Positions 14,899 through 25,468 of a stretch of DNA of 64,000 nucleotides are shown here, in pieces. This DNA comes from Candidatus Kaiserbacteria bacterium (lineage in GTDB: Bacteria; Patescibacteriota; Minisyncoccia; Phycocordibacterales; Phycocordibacteraceae), in the NCBI GenBank assembly GCA_963699165.1, contig OY969413.1:724562-788561 (forward strand), in the 5' to 3' direction. The position numbers were made by a program, and so were the translations under genes. Every line of letters starts with the position of its first letter. Positions within the stretch are counted from its first letter, which is position 1. Under the pieces are notes generated by a model that saw nothing but the letters and a program-made list of their open reading frames with translations, did no database searches and had not been told where the DNA came from.

Positions 14899-16341
14899 TT
14901 AAGGATTCCAATGGAGAATCGGCATTTGTATGTCGGTCGGTGAATACAAAAGGTCAAAGTAGCTGCCGGTATACAAAACTTTCAAATTCGGGAAATACGT
15001 TGCCCCCGCCGGACTGACTGCCATGTAGAACGGACCTTTAAATGGCTTTCCGGTCACATCGGCGGGATTGACCGGTATCGCGCGTGCATTTCCGTAATAA
15101 TCAAATGTTTCGACGGGTATGAAGTCGAGAAGGTACAGCGGTGTGCCGTTTGGATTTTGTTGTTTATACATCTCTCCGACTGCTTTCTCATCGCCGGTAT
15201 ATGGCGGTATTTTGGCAGGCATAAGATACATGCAAAATGCGGCTGCAATCAATATGCATATCGCCGTTATTGCGAAGAACATCGTCTTGTTTTGAGGCCA
15301 AATGAAAGATAGATCGTAATAGAGAATTGCCACGCAAATCGCAAAAAACGGAAAGGCGGGCATGATATATGGAGCCAAGTGAGTTTGAGCAGAAGTAAAC
15401 ACGGTGAAAATAAAGACGGCCGAGAGCACGGGCGGAAGGATGTTCGTAAACGTGACTTTTCTCTTACGTTGTTCCGAAAAAGCGGCTGCACATAAAGCAA
15501 TAAATCCTCCGACAATTAAAAAATTCCATGGCCAGTTCGAAGGCAGGAACCACGGAACGAAAAGCACAAAATAATCGCCCGGGTTATTTGTACCGGTCAT
15601 CGTTGCCGCAGCTCTGTGAAAGACCTGTACACCCAGGTAGTTATCCCAAAATGCATTTCCGAACCGAATTGTCTCGTATAGATGCCACGGAACGATGATG
15701 GCGAGCGCCGGCAAACCCCCGAGCCACAAATAGCGGCTTTTGATGAAAGTCCATTTTTTATAGAAGACACTGTAAAGGAGAATAATCGGCAGAACGAGCA
15801 AAATGATTACGCTTTTAAATAGAAAACCGATTGCGATGCACGGGAAAACCCAGAATAGATACTTTTCATTCTTCCGGGACTTGATAAAGAAAAATAAGGC
15901 CGCGAGCAAGGATGCAACGACCGCCGAATCAAGCCGCATTTCTCTTGCATATGCAAAAAAGGCGCTTGAAAAGAGCAGGGTTAGAAAGCCGAACATCGCC
16001 GCTATCGGGTCGCCGGTTAGCTCCAGGGCGATGAGATATACCAACCAGCAGCACAACACCGATGCGATAATGCCCGGCAAACGAAAGGCAAATTCGCGCT
16101 CGCCAAATATTTTTGCGCTAGCCATTGCCGACCATATATATAAAGGCGGTTTTTCAAACCAGTTGTTTCCTTGGTGTTGAAGGGTGAGGAAATTCCCGCT
16201 ATGCATCGTGTCGACAACCACTTGAGCATAAGTGGCTTCGTCATAGTCCACGAGTGGACGATTGGCGTCTATGCAAAGAAAAATCCCGGCAATCAAGACG
16301 AGGGCAAGCTGTGTAGCCAGAGCGTATTTTTTGAAAAAAGC
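14899..16341 (-). CDS. GT39/ArnT-like membrane glycosyltransferase (PMT_2-like)
   Basis: Polytopic membrane protein with DYDEATYAQVVVDTMHSGNFLTLQHQGNNWFEKPPLYIW motif typical of ArnT/PMT-family; N-terminal boundary uncertain (no in-frame ATG before HU gene; likely alternative start). Confidence 0.5.
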   Translation of the reverse strand, partial: AFFKKYALATQLALVLIAGIFLCIDANRPLVDYDEATYAQVVVDTMHSGNFLTLQHQGNNWFEKPPLYIWSAMASAKIFGEREFAFRLPGIIASVLCCWLVYLIALELTGDPIAAMFGFLTLLFSSAFFAYAREMRLDSAVVASLLAALFFFIKSRKNEKYLFWVFPCIAIGFLFKSVIILLVLPIILLYSVFYKKWTFIKSRYLWLGGLPALAIIVPWHLYETIRFGNAFWDNYLGVQVFHRAAATMTGTNNPGDYFVLFVPWFLPSNWPWNFLIVGGFIALCAAAFSEQRKRKVTFTNILPPVLSAVFIFTVFTSAQTHLAPYIMPAFPFFAICVAILYYDLSFIWPQNKTMFFAITAICILIAAAFCMYLMPAKIPPYTGDEKAVGEMYKQQNPNGTPLYLLDFIPVETFDYYGNARAIPVNPADVTGKPFKGPFYMAVSPAGATYFPNLKVLYTGSYFDLLYSPTDIQMPILHWNP

Positions 16342-16483
16342 ATCAAGTTTGGACACAATGCAAGGATAGCAAAATACCCGGGTATTGAAACGGCAATATG
16401 CCGCGAAGACAGGGTAAAACGGTATTTCAAATAAAAACAAGCGCGGCGCCAAAGGCGCCGCGCTTGTTTTTACTACACAAACC

Positions 16484-16759
16484 TTATTTAACCGCGTCCT
16501 TGAGGGCCTTTGCGGGGCGGAACTTCGCCGTGCGCGTTGCTGCGATATGAATCGTCTCGCCGGTGCGAGGATTGCGGCCCTGACGAGCAGGGCGTGCTTT
16601 CGTCGCAAAAATACCGAGACCGGCAACCGAGACCTCATCGCCCGACTTGAGCGAGGAGACGATTGAGTCAATGACTGTCTCAACAGCGCGCTCCGCATCG
16701 GCCTTCGTTGTGCCGAGAACTGCGTGCACTTTGTCGACAATGTCTGCTTTGTTTGCCAT
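16484..16759 (-). CDS. hup: DNA-binding protein HU
   Basis: MANKADIVDKVHAVLGTTKADAERAVETVID...GLGIFATKARPARQGRNPRTGETI canonical HU fold motifs. Confidence 0.9.
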   Translation of the reverse strand: MANKADIVDKVHAVLGTTKADAERAVETVIDSIVSSLKSGDEVSVAGLGIFATKARPARQGRNPRTGETIHIAATRTAKFRPAKALKDAVK

Positions 16760-17026
16760 GTATATTTGCTAACTGCTAATCCCACGACCTGTCTTTGGGT
16801 GGGTATGGGGAAAGTATAGGAAATGAGCCATTTTACGCAATGGCCTTTACAACCCGCCGTGGATAGCGCGAAATTTGGAACATTGGCATTAAAAGAGCTC
16901 CGCATAATTATGCGGAGCTCTGAAAACAGCCTTCGGCTCATATTGATCGATATCACTTTTCTGCCAAAGCCCTCGCTACTGGCTCGTGCGATCATTAGCT
17001 CGCGGGGGTACGGTTTAGAACACCCC

Positions 17027-17563
17027 TCAATGCTGTTCTTTTTCGCATTTGACGCGCCCGAGCTCAAGAAGTGGCTCGACGACATATTTGTTAACCTCGG
17101 GTACTCCCTTACGAATCCTCTTGAGCAGAAGCGGCAACGCTTTGTGCAGCAATACCACGTTTGCAGGCGGCATATCATTCAACTCGGCCGCGACTGACGT
17201 TCCCTCCTCTCCCGGAAACGGATTGACCCGTATCGTATTATCGCCCAGGAAGCGCACGTATGCATCTACTCCCCACGTTGATGTGTGACTGGCTTCAATA
17301 TCCCAGTAGACCGCGGCTACTTCTTGAGCCTCAACAAATTCCGGCCCGCCGCGACGTACATTCCAGATGTAATACGTGTCTACGAATAAGACCGACATGA
17401 ATTTGACGATTTCTTTCTTCTTTTCCTCCAGCCGGTCGCTGCCAACCAGAAGTTGGTCGACCATATTAGGCGGCCGCTTTGCCCGCTCAATCATGCTAAG
17501 CACAGCGCCGAGGATACCGATTAGACCAATCACTCCAACCATGACAATGATGTTGCTGTTCAC
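17027..17563 (-). CDS. hypothetical membrane-anchored protein
   Basis: N-terminal TM helix MNSNIIVMVGVIGLIGILGAVL; no known motif. Confidence 0.4.
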   Translation of the reverse strand: MNSNIIVMVGVIGLIGILGAVLSMIERAKRPPNMVDQLLVGSDRLEEKKKEIVKFMSVLFVDTYYIWNVRRGGPEFVEAQEVAAVYWDIEASHTSTWGVDAYVRFLGDNTIRVNPFPGEEGTSVAAELNDMPPANVVLLHKALPLLLKRIRKGVPEVNKYVVEPLLELGRVKCEKEQH

Positions 17564-17618
17564 GTTATTTCCCTTTCAAGGGAGCGTGCTATCTGATACA
17601 AGTGTAGTCCTTCGGACA

Positions 17619-18548
17619 CGTTTTCTAATCAATAGCTTGGACGCATTCTGTTAATATGGCGAGCGGCGTTTTGAGGTCGAGCCCGAAGTGGTGGCGGGTG
17701 GTGTTGTACCCGCTCAGATAGGTCGGCAGAATCGCATTGATTGCCCGTATCTCAATCGAAAGAGCATCAAGACACTCTTCACGCAGTGTGCGATTGAATC
17801 GCTCGACGTGCGCATTGTCGTTGCTCTGCCTGACTCTCGTGTGTCGATGGCGTATCGAGAGGCGTTCGGTGAAGTGCATGGAGAACTCGGGGCCATTGTC
17901 GGTCTGCACGCACTCGAACAGGAATGGTGCCGCAACCTGTGCCCGCTTCACGAAGAGGAGAGAGACGCGGCAGTTGATGCGCGGGGTCGCCCAGGCGTAC
18001 GCCCAACGGCTGTATACATCGATTAGTGTATACACGTACAGAACCGTTTTGCCGTGGAGTGCCAGATGGATGGTGTCCACCTCCACAAGAGCGCCCGGAT
18101 ATGCGGCTTCCGGACGTTCCGAGTGCGGGTGGTACCGTTTCCACGGGCTCCGCTTTTTGATGAGGCCGAAACGACCGAGCGTCCGCTTCACCGACGAGAG
18201 CGACACCGAGACACCCTCGTCTTCGAGCGCCCGGTGTACGACCTCGGCCGAGCGTTTGAGTACGAGACGCTTCTCGACAATCTTGTTCACAATCTTCGAC
18301 GGCAGCTCGTTTGGATGATTCCTCGGTTTTGATGAGAGCGTCGGAATCGGATGATACCCGTATATCTTCGCCTTCTTCACCCATTTGCATACCGTACTCG
18401 ACCCGACGCCGAACCGACGGCCAACCTCGGTGGGCGTATATCCTCTCCTCACCATGTCTGCAGCATCCCTTCTGACCTTGGGCATGTGCGGGTTTTGTGT
18501 GTATGCCATGACGCGATGATATCGCGTCCAAGCTATTGAACCATTACG
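17619..18548 (-). mobile_element. IS481-like (single-ORF rve/DDE) insertion sequence, copy A
   Basis: 100% identical over about 930 bp to inverted copy B at 29118-30046; terminal inverted repeats sharing TCAATAGCTTGGACGC. Confidence 0.8.
17625..18509 (-). CDS. IS481-family transposase
   Basis: N-terminal HTH (GYTPTEVGRRFGVGSSTVCKWV), DDE core TDNGPEF ... NAHVERFNRTLREE. Confidence 0.8.
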   Translation of the reverse strand: MAYTQNPHMPKVRRDAADMVRRGYTPTEVGRRFGVGSSTVCKWVKKAKIYGYHPIPTLSSKPRNHPNELPSKIVNKIVEKRLVLKRSAEVVHRALEDEGVSVSLSSVKRTLGRFGLIKKRSPWKRYHPHSERPEAAYPGALVEVDTIHLALHGKTVLYVYTLIDVYSRWAYAWATPRINCRVSLLFVKRAQVAAPFLFECVQTDNGPEFSMHFTERLSIRHRHTRVRQSNDNAHVERFNRTLREECLDALSIEIRAINAILPTYLSGYNTTRHHFGLDLKTPLAILTECVQAID

Positions 18549-18681
18549 CGGACATTGACAGTACAATTAAGTATTGCAGAACACGCTATGCGAGAATTTT
18601 GCGTCGTAAATACATGCTATATCTTAATATATAAATGTCGGAAATACTTTACAAATATGAGCATTTTGCTAGAATTGGCAT

Positions 18682-19485
18682 ATGGCCCTGAAAAATAATT
18701 TACGTTTACTCGGACTTTCCACCAAGGAAGAGAAGGTATTGCGGGCGCTCATGGACTGCAAAGATACGCCGCTTCTCATTGCGCGGGCGACAAAAGTCTC
18801 GCGTCCCGCCATCTACGCCATTTTGAACATCCTGCACGAGCGGGGAATTGCCGTGCGGCATACGGTAAACGGGAAAAAGAAATGGGCAATTGCCGACGAA
18901 CGCGGTATCGAAGAAACTTTGTATGACGCAAAGCGCACTTTGCTCGACATCCCGCACGGCCGAGAGGAACTTCGCGGCAGTTCGGATTCGATGGTCATCG
19001 TGCACCGCGGATTGGAAGCAATTAAGAAAGTCATGCCGACCTTGTTTGCCGCTCACAAGCACGAGCGCTTTTTCTGGGGCTTTCAGGGAGACATTGCCAC
19101 GGCAGAGTGGAACAAAACGTTTTCCCTCGCCGAAACGAACCGCATCAATCGCGAAATAAAAAACAACGGCATCATCACCGAAGCCATTTTGCCCGCCGGT
19201 TGGCTTGAAGAGCAAACGAAACTGCTCGGGGCGTTGTGGGCGAAAGATTTTGAAGGTCGAACTGCGCGCGTCAACATCATCGACCCGTCGTATTTCAAAC
19301 ACGGCGGACAGTGCTGGGTATTTCGCGACGCGCTCTATCTTTTCTCGCTGAGCGAGCAACTGGTCATCGAAATACGCAACTCCGAAATCCAGAAGATGGT
19401 TTTGGCGATATTCCAATTTATGCAGGATGCATCCATCACAATCGATGCCAATGAGGTGCTGCGGAAACTCATCTCTAAAAATTAG
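18682..19485 (+). CDS. TrmB-like HTH transcriptional regulator
   Basis: N-terminal HTH LGLSTKEEKVLRALMDCKDTPLLIARATKVSRPAIYAILNILHERGIAV; paralogous architecture to 11872-12720. Confidence 0.5.
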   Translation: MALKNNLRLLGLSTKEEKVLRALMDCKDTPLLIARATKVSRPAIYAILNILHERGIAVRHTVNGKKKWAIADERGIEETLYDAKRTLLDIPHGREELRGSSDSMVIVHRGLEAIKKVMPTLFAAHKHERFFWGFQGDIATAEWNKTFSLAETNRINREIKNNGIITEAILPAGWLEEQTKLLGALWAKDFEGRTARVNIIDPSYFKHGGQCWVFRDALYLFSLSEQLVIEIRNSEIQKMVLAIFQFMQDASITIDANEVLRKLISKN

Positions 19486-19499
19486 AAGCTGGTGACGTT

Positions 19500-21029
19500 C
19501 TAGCGTGCGAATTCTACGACACGATTTTCTCTAATAATGTTTACTTTAATCTCTCCCGGGTACTTTAGCTCCTCTTGAATGCGGGCGGCAATATTGCGGG
19601 CGAGCGCGTGCATTGCAACGTCGGAAACCTTTCCGGGATTTACAAAGACGCGGATTTCGCGGCCGGCGGCAATGGCATAGACCTTTTCGACGCCTTCAAA
19701 GGCGGCCGCGAGGCGCTCCAAGTCGCCGAGGCGCTCGAGGTAGCGGTCAACCGTGTCGCGGCGCGCGCCCGGACGGCCCGCGGAAATAGCATCCGCAACC
19801 TGCACAATCACCGCTTCCGGCGTTTCGTACGGATACTCATCGTGATGCGATTGCATTGCTAGAATGATGCTTTTGTCGACGCCGAACTTTTCAAGTATGC
19901 GGCGGCCGATTTCGACATGTGTACCCTGCACTTCGTGGTCGACCGCTTTGCCGATGTCGTGCAACAGCGCGCCGGTGCGGGCAACTTGCGGGTCTGCGCC
20001 AAGCTCGGTCGCGAGCATGCCCGCAATGTGCGCCATTTCAATAGAGTGCGTGAGCACATTTTGTCCGTAGCTTGTGCGGAAATGGAGTCGTCCCAAAAGA
20101 GAAATAAGTTTCGGATCAAGTCCGACGATGCCGACTTCAAATGCCGCCGCTTCGCCCTTTTGCTTGATGATTTCATTTACTTCCACGCGCGTTTTCTCAA
20201 CGGCCTCTTCAATCTTGGTCGGTTGGATTCGGCCGTCGGCAATGAGTTTCTCAAGCGCGATTTTCGCAATGGCTCGGCGAAGCGGGTCAAACGAAGAAAG
20301 CGTAATGCGGTCGGGAGCATCGTCGATAATGACGTCCACGCCGGTTGCGCGTTCAAATGACTTGATGTTGCGGCCTTCTTTGCCGATGATTTTTCCCTTC
20401 ACATCTTCGGAAGGCAGAATGACCGAGAGCGACATCACCTCTGCGTTCACCGCATTGCCGAGTCGGTGAATCGCATTTACGAGAATCGCATTTGCACGGC
20501 TTTCCAGACGCTCGCGACCGTTTGCTTCGAGTTTCTGGAGACGCAGAAGAATTGCATTCTCATACGCCCGCTCCAGTTCCGCAAAAAGCTCTTCGCGCGC
20601 TTTCTCTTCGGAAAGGTGTGCGATGCGGGCGAGCTCTTTCGAGCGCTCTGCGATGAGTTTCTCCGCTTCGCTTCGCACGCGCGCCGCCTCTTGTTCGCGC
20701 GCGCGCACTTCGTCTTCGTTTTCATCAAGGTCGAGCTGGCGCGCATCGAGAAAACTCTCGCGCGAGTCGAGATGCTCTTCGCGAAGCGCAAGTTTCTCTT
20801 CGCGCTCTTCGATAGGAGAGAGTCGCTCTGTTTCTATGACTTGGGCGCGGAATTCCGCGTCTTTGATTATTTTTGCTGCCTGTTCTTTCGCATCTAAAAG
20901 TTTCTGCCGCGTGCGAAGCTCGACCGAGCCGCGCTCGGCAAGCCCTATAAGCACTCGGAGGACGTAGCCGAGGACAATGCCGCCTACGCCCGAAAGCGCA
21001 AGCATAATAAGGATAATTTTGAGTGACAT
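19500..21029 (-). CDS. rny: ribonuclease Y
   Basis: N-terminal TM, coiled-coil, KH domain (KGKIIGKEGRNIK), HD domain (LLHDIGKAVDHE). Confidence 0.9.
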   Translation of the reverse strand: MSLKIILIMLALSGVGGIVLGYVLRVLIGLAERGSVELRTRQKLLDAKEQAAKIIKDAEFRAQVIETERLSPIEEREEKLALREEHLDSRESFLDARQLDLDENEDEVRAREQEAARVRSEAEKLIAERSKELARIAHLSEEKAREELFAELERAYENAILLRLQKLEANGRERLESRANAILVNAIHRLGNAVNAEVMSLSVILPSEDVKGKIIGKEGRNIKSFERATGVDVIIDDAPDRITLSSFDPLRRAIAKIALEKLIADGRIQPTKIEEAVEKTRVEVNEIIKQKGEAAAFEVGIVGLDPKLISLLGRLHFRTSYGQNVLTHSIEMAHIAGMLATELGADPQVARTGALLHDIGKAVDHEVQGTHVEIGRRILEKFGVDKSIILAMQSHHDEYPYETPEAVIVQVADAISAGRPGARRDTVDRYLERLGDLERLAAAFEGVEKVYAIAAGREIRVFVNPGKVSDVAMHALARNIAARIQEELKYPGEIKVNIIRENRVVEFAR

Positions 21030-21522
21030 AAACGGCCCGTTTATTATTCCCGGCCTCGCGGAGCGAGGCCGGGCCAAAGTGCTAAAAAGCGGCGAATCGG
21101 CTCGGCTTTCGGTTCAGTTCGTCAGAGGGGCAGTGTGAGGGGACTGTAGCATAAAACCGATAACGGCACACCTCTGATAGAAAAATTAGGCGCTCGCGGG
21201 GTTCGCGAGCGCCTGACGTGATTTAAGCCGCGGATCACATCAGAAGGTCACCTCCCTCCGATTCCAAGCCGCGTCTCGAAGCGCCTATGAAAAACATGAG
21301 CATAAGAGCCGCGAGAGATGCCCAAACGGCGACCCCGATAACAACCTTCTTCCACCGTGACACGGCTGTTCCTTTCTCCTGCCAAAGGCAGGAAGGACGG
21401 GCGACTAGTCTTTTGAATTCGAACGTTTGATACATTGAGCGAATGAAAAAACCTCCGGCGGTGCGCACTTCACAAGGTCCGAACGAGACGAAATACAGAT
21501 ACTGTTAGCGAAGGGATACTCT

Positions 21523-22446
21523 TTGCAAGATGTCGGAGATGCACTCGACCGACCGAAGAGTGTCATATGGTACGAGACGCAAAAGAAGAGGAAGGGACGG
21601 CCGTATGATGCTGCATATGCGCATCACATTTCATACGTACGAAGGAAACACAGCCGAGCGGTCGGCAAGATGATTGCTCTCGACCCGAAGCTCCGGAAGT
21701 TCATCGAGGCGCATCTCTTCGACGATCAGTCGCCCGAAAACATCTCACTTCGATTGAAGCGGATCGAGAAGGATATCGGATATGCTTCATCCTCGGCTAT
21801 ACGCCGATATATCAAGAGCCCGTATGGCAGACGGATCGAGTCGCATCGAGCAAAGTTATTCAAGAAGAGGCGACGCTCTCGGCCATCGAAACCACACATT
21901 GCCGACAAGCGCCTGATCGACAAACGACCGAGCAAAATCAACAAGCGATGGGGATTGGGTCACATGGAGGGCGACTTCATCGTGTCGGGCAAGAGCGGTC
22001 AAGGCATCATTCTTGGTCTGCGGGATCGCAGGGTGCGCAAAAACCTGCTGGAGCGGATCCTGCCAGTGTCAGTGCGAAACGTGGAGCGAGCGCTTCGCAG
22101 AATGAAAAAGCGGTATCCCGAGATGCAGACCATCACATTCGACAACGATATTCTCTTTCTCGAACACAAACGGCTAGAGAAGGTGCTTGGGGTGAAGATA
22201 TATTTCTGTCATGTGCATGCGCCATGGGAGAAGCCATCAATCGAGAATCTGAACAAGGACTTGCGGCGGTACATCCCGAAAAGCTCGGATATTTCAAAGT
22301 ATTCAAAAAGATTTGTGCAGAAACTCGAAGCAAAGATGAATCGCCGCTTCATGGATGTGCTCGGTTCACTCACGCCAGATGAGGCGTATGCTGCGGAAAA
22401 GAAACAACGCGCTCAGAGGAGCGCAAAAAACCGTCGTTCGAATTGA
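21523..22446 (+). CDS. IS30-family transposase
   Basis: GHMEGDFIV (GHWEGD-like), TFDNDILF, HAPWEKPSIENLNKDLRRYIPKSSD (IS30 C-terminal signature). Confidence 0.7.
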   Translation: MQDVGDALDRPKSVIWYETQKKRKGRPYDAAYAHHISYVRRKHSRAVGKMIALDPKLRKFIEAHLFDDQSPENISLRLKRIEKDIGYASSSAIRRYIKSPYGRRIESHRAKLFKKRRRSRPSKPHIADKRLIDKRPSKINKRWGLGHMEGDFIVSGKSGQGIILGLRDRRVRKNLLERILPVSVRNVERALRRMKKRYPEMQTITFDNDILFLEHKRLEKVLGVKIYFCHVHAPWEKPSIENLNKDLRRYIPKSSDISKYSKRFVQKLEAKMNRRFMDVLGSLTPDEAYAAEKKQRAQRSAKNRRSN

Positions 22447-22829
22447 GGGGTTTGGGTGCCACGACTACACTGTTGCGAAAATAACATTTCCTTGCAACTT
22501 GTCAAACCTTTCAAAACAAAAGCTAAGCGCTCGCGGGGTGTAAATCCGCGAGCGCTTGGTTCCCGGCCTGCATATCAGTTGAGCGCAGGCCCGGTTTCGG
22601 ACTCACTCGCCTGCGGCTCCTCGCATACCGCCGCGAACGCGAGAAATCGGGTCTTGAAAAGCAGGGCAACCCCAAACCCTGCCAGTAGCCAGGCGAAAAG
22701 CCCGGCGATGATTTGAATGAGCACGAGCGACCCTTCCCCTGCTTAACGGCAGAGATAAATGCAAGCTTCTGCAAGTATTACATACTTGCAGAAGCTTGTC
22801 AACCCTTTCGTTCAGCGCTGTGGATATCT

Positions 22830-23402
22830 TTATCCGTACACTTTGTCGACCAGGCCGTACTTCTTCGCTTCATCGGCGGACATGAAAAAGTCGCGCTCCA
22901 CATCTTTTTCGATTTTTGCGAGCGGCTGACCGGTGTTTTTTGAAAGAATTTTATTGAGGCGCTCGCGGAGCTTGATAATTTGCTTCGCGGTGATTTCAAT
23001 ATCGGTTGCTTGGCCTTCGGCGCCGCCGTGCGGCTGATGAATCATCACTTCGGCATTCGGCAGGGAAAAGCGTTTCCCTTTCTCGCCCGCGGAGAGAAGA
23101 ATCGCCGCTCCGGACGCCGCCATGCCGACGCACACGGTCGAAACGGCCGGCTTCACATGGTTCATCGTGTCCACCATGGCGAGCGTGGCCGTCACCGAGC
23201 CGCCCGGAGAATTGATGTAGAGCGAAATGTCTTTCTTCGGGTCTTCAGCTTCAAGGAAGAGAAGTTGGGCGATGACGAGATTCGCCACATCGTCGTCAAT
23301 CGGACCGCCGAGAAAAACGATGCGCTCCTTCAAGAGGCGCGAATAAATGTCGTAGGCGCGTTCGCCGAACTGGCTTTTTTCGATAACCATCGGGACGAGC
23401 AT
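22830..23402 (-). CDS. clpP: ATP-dependent Clp protease proteolytic subunit
   Basis: [33 protein letters not shown]... [20 protein letters not shown] catalytic Ser region. Confidence 0.9.
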   Translation of the reverse strand: MLVPMVIEKSQFGERAYDIYSRLLKERIVFLGGPIDDDVANLVIAQLLFLEAEDPKKDISLYINSPGGSVTATLAMVDTMNHVKPAVSTVCVGMAASGAAILLSAGEKGKRFSLPNAEVMIHQPHGGAEGQATDIEITAKQIIKLRERLNKILSKNTGQPLAKIEKDVERDFFMSADEAKKYGLVDKVYG

Positions 23403-23514
23403 TGAGGCGCGGGGTTGTGTGCGGGTGTTCATGGAATAAATGTATTACGTTTCGCGGAGTTGGCAAAGAATACCACATTCGCCGCCGCAATGGATAGATG
23501 CGTGCGCCGCAAAC

Positions 23515-23709
23515 CTATTGTGCGGCAGCCGGCAGTTGATATTGCGAGTCCTGCGCGACGCGCTGGCCCCACGCGTAAAATGCGCCGATGATAATCATGA
23601 GCATAATCACGATAATGGAGACGACGGCGCCCCACGACTGCGCTTTCCGAGAAGGTACACCGGGCTCCGGCGCCGCCTCGTCTTGCGGAACGATTTTCTC
23701 CGGCTCCAT
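23515..23709 (-). CDS. small membrane protein (64 aa)
   Basis: Single hydrophobic helix VVSIIVIMLMIIIGAFYAW; adjacent and co-oriented with ppa. Confidence 0.3.
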   Translation of the reverse strand: MEPEKIVPQDEAAPEPGVPSRKAQSWGAVVSIIVIMLMIIIGAFYAWGQRVAQDSQYQLPAAAQ

Positions 23710-23710
23710 A

Positions 23711-24232
23711 TTATTTCTTCTTCGCCTCGTACAGCTCGCGCGCGCGGTCGAAAGCCGCCTCGGCTTCGGCTCGGCCCTCGAATTCGCCGACCGCTACTTC
23801 TTTTTTCTGAATTTGCTTGTAGGTCGCGAAGAAGTGCGCAATTTCCTTTAAGAGGTGCGGATTTGCATCTTTTATGTCCTGCACGTGCGCGTACCGCGGA
23901 TCGCCGACCGCGACCGCGATGACTTTTTCATCCGGCTCGCCGCTGTCAATCATGTGCATGATGCCGATGGGGCGCGCCTCGACGAGAATGCCGGGCGCAA
24001 GCGGATAGGTCGTGAGCACGACCACGTCGAGCGCATCGCCGTCGTCCCAATGCGTCTGCGGCACAAAACCGTAATCGAACGGATAGTCCTGGGCGGAATG
24101 CAGAACGCGGTCGAGCTTGATGACGCCCGTCTTTTTATCGATTTCGTATTTATTGTGCGACCCTTTCGGAATCTCGATGATGACGTTCATCTCTTCTTTC
24201 GTGCCCGGAACAATATCGTGAAGTAGGTTCAT
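23711..24232 (-). CDS. ppa: inorganic pyrophosphatase
   Basis: IIEIPKGSHNKYEIDKKTG..KLDRVL, DGDALDVVVL family I PPase motifs. Confidence 0.9.
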   Translation of the reverse strand: MNLLHDIVPGTKEEMNVIIEIPKGSHNKYEIDKKTGVIKLDRVLHSAQDYPFDYGFVPQTHWDDGDALDVVVLTTYPLAPGILVEARPIGIMHMIDSGEPDEKVIAVAVGDPRYAHVQDIKDANPHLLKEIAHFFATYKQIQKKEVAVGEFEGRAEAEAAFDRARELYEAKKK

Positions 24233-24298
24233 CCCGTTAGAAATTAGTTTGCAAAAACTGCAGATTTTTAAGTATTCCTCCCGCGAAACCGGAAATTT

Positions 24299-25390
24299 CT
24301 AACGGGATTCATATGCAACCAAGTATAACGCCGGCGCCGACTTTTTTAAAGTCGGTGTACGCGTCCAGTACTTTTGGCAGTCCCCGACGGTTAATGTACA
24401 CACAATATACCGCAAGGGGGACACCATGCCGAGCGACTGGTGCGGGCGTTTGGTGTTGTACCAGATCAGCCAGTCGACAAGCTTCAGATTGAAGGAATGA
24501 ATATCGTCCCGCAGCAGGCCCCGATTCAGCATGATGAAGTCCTCGGACACGGTGCGATTGAATCGTTCGACGTGGGCATTCATCTTGGGAGTGCGGGGGC
24601 GGGTGTGAAAGTGCGTGAGCCCGAGTTCGGCACAGGCATCCTCGAAGTGTTTGGCGAACTCGCTCCCGTTGTCGGTCTGCAACTCGTCGATATCGAAGGG
24701 GCAAACCTCGATGACTCGGCGAAGGAAGTCGTCCGCGCTTCTCGACGAGTGGTTCGTATACGCGCCCGCAAAGGCGAACTTCCGCTCCACGTCCACTGCC
24801 GTGAGGACGTACCGCTTCACGCCGTCGATGAAGCGTACGACGGTATCGAGCTCCATGCCGCGCTTGCCGGTGCGGCGAAGCTTGGTACGGCGTTTCTGCG
24901 GTGTTTCCGTGTGATTGCCCGTACGTGCGTGGAACGAGAGCCGGCTCTGCTGCGGGAGCAGACCGCGGTTCTTCAAATCCAGAATGACCCGCCCAACGTA
25001 TGACTCCGACACGGAGTACCCTTCTTCGCGCAGGAGAACGGCAAGCTTTGCTTTCCCAAGCCGGGGATGCGCCTGTCGTTCGCGGATGATGAAATCCTCG
25101 ACCTCGGGCAGAACAGTCCTCCTTCGACGCGCCTTCGGCGCAGTGCTCTTCGGGTCAAGTGCATCAATGCGGCCCTCGTGGGCTTTGAGTTCCTCCTTCC
25201 AGCGATACAAGGTGCGCTCCGAGGTGCCAAAGGCGTCGTATGTGGCCTCCGTCCCGTGCATGTCCCAGAATCCCAATATCTTCACCCGTCTGTCGACTTC
25301 CTTTGGTTTCCGCATATGCCGCAATCGTATCGTCCTTTCCCACATGCTCAACCAGCCCTTCGTACCCCTGAAATTGCTTCTGATGCGCAT
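24299..25390 (-). CDS. IS481-family transposase
   Basis: DDE core QTDNGSEF, TPKMNAHVERFNRTVSED. Confidence 0.75.
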   Translation of the reverse strand: MRIRSNFRGTKGWLSMWERTIRLRHMRKPKEVDRRVKILGFWDMHGTEATYDAFGTSERTLYRWKEELKAHEGRIDALDPKSTAPKARRRRTVLPEVEDFIIRERQAHPRLGKAKLAVLLREEGYSVSESYVGRVILDLKNRGLLPQQSRLSFHARTGNHTETPQKRRTKLRRTGKRGMELDTVVRFIDGVKRYVLTAVDVERKFAFAGAYTNHSSRSADDFLRRVIEVCPFDIDELQTDNGSEFAKHFEDACAELGLTHFHTRPRTPKMNAHVERFNRTVSEDFIMLNRGLLRDDIHSFNLKLVDWLIWYNTKRPHQSLGMVSPLRYIVCTLTVGDCQKYWTRTPTLKKSAPALYLVAYESR

Positions 25391-25451
25391 ATATCCTCGG
25401 TTATGAGGACTGCCAAATGTATCTGAACTTATGCAGTCGGCGCCGGCGTTC
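24326..25451 (-). mobile_element. IS481-like insertion sequence no. 2 with about 50-bp imperfect terminal inverted repeats
   Basis: Ends AACGCCGGCGCCGACT...TTTGGCAGTCC (24326-24385) and inverse GGACTGCCAAA...AGTCGGCGCCGGCGTT (25405-25451). Confidence 0.65.
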
Positions 25452-25468
25452 TGCGTCCTATGTTAGGA

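Noticed and set aside
16760-17178. N-terminal 250 aa of the 759-aa ORF (14899-17178)
   Set aside because: This portion overlaps the well-supported HU gene (16484-16759) in another frame and has low-complexity composition. The glycosyltransferase most likely starts downstream of HU at an alternative start codon.
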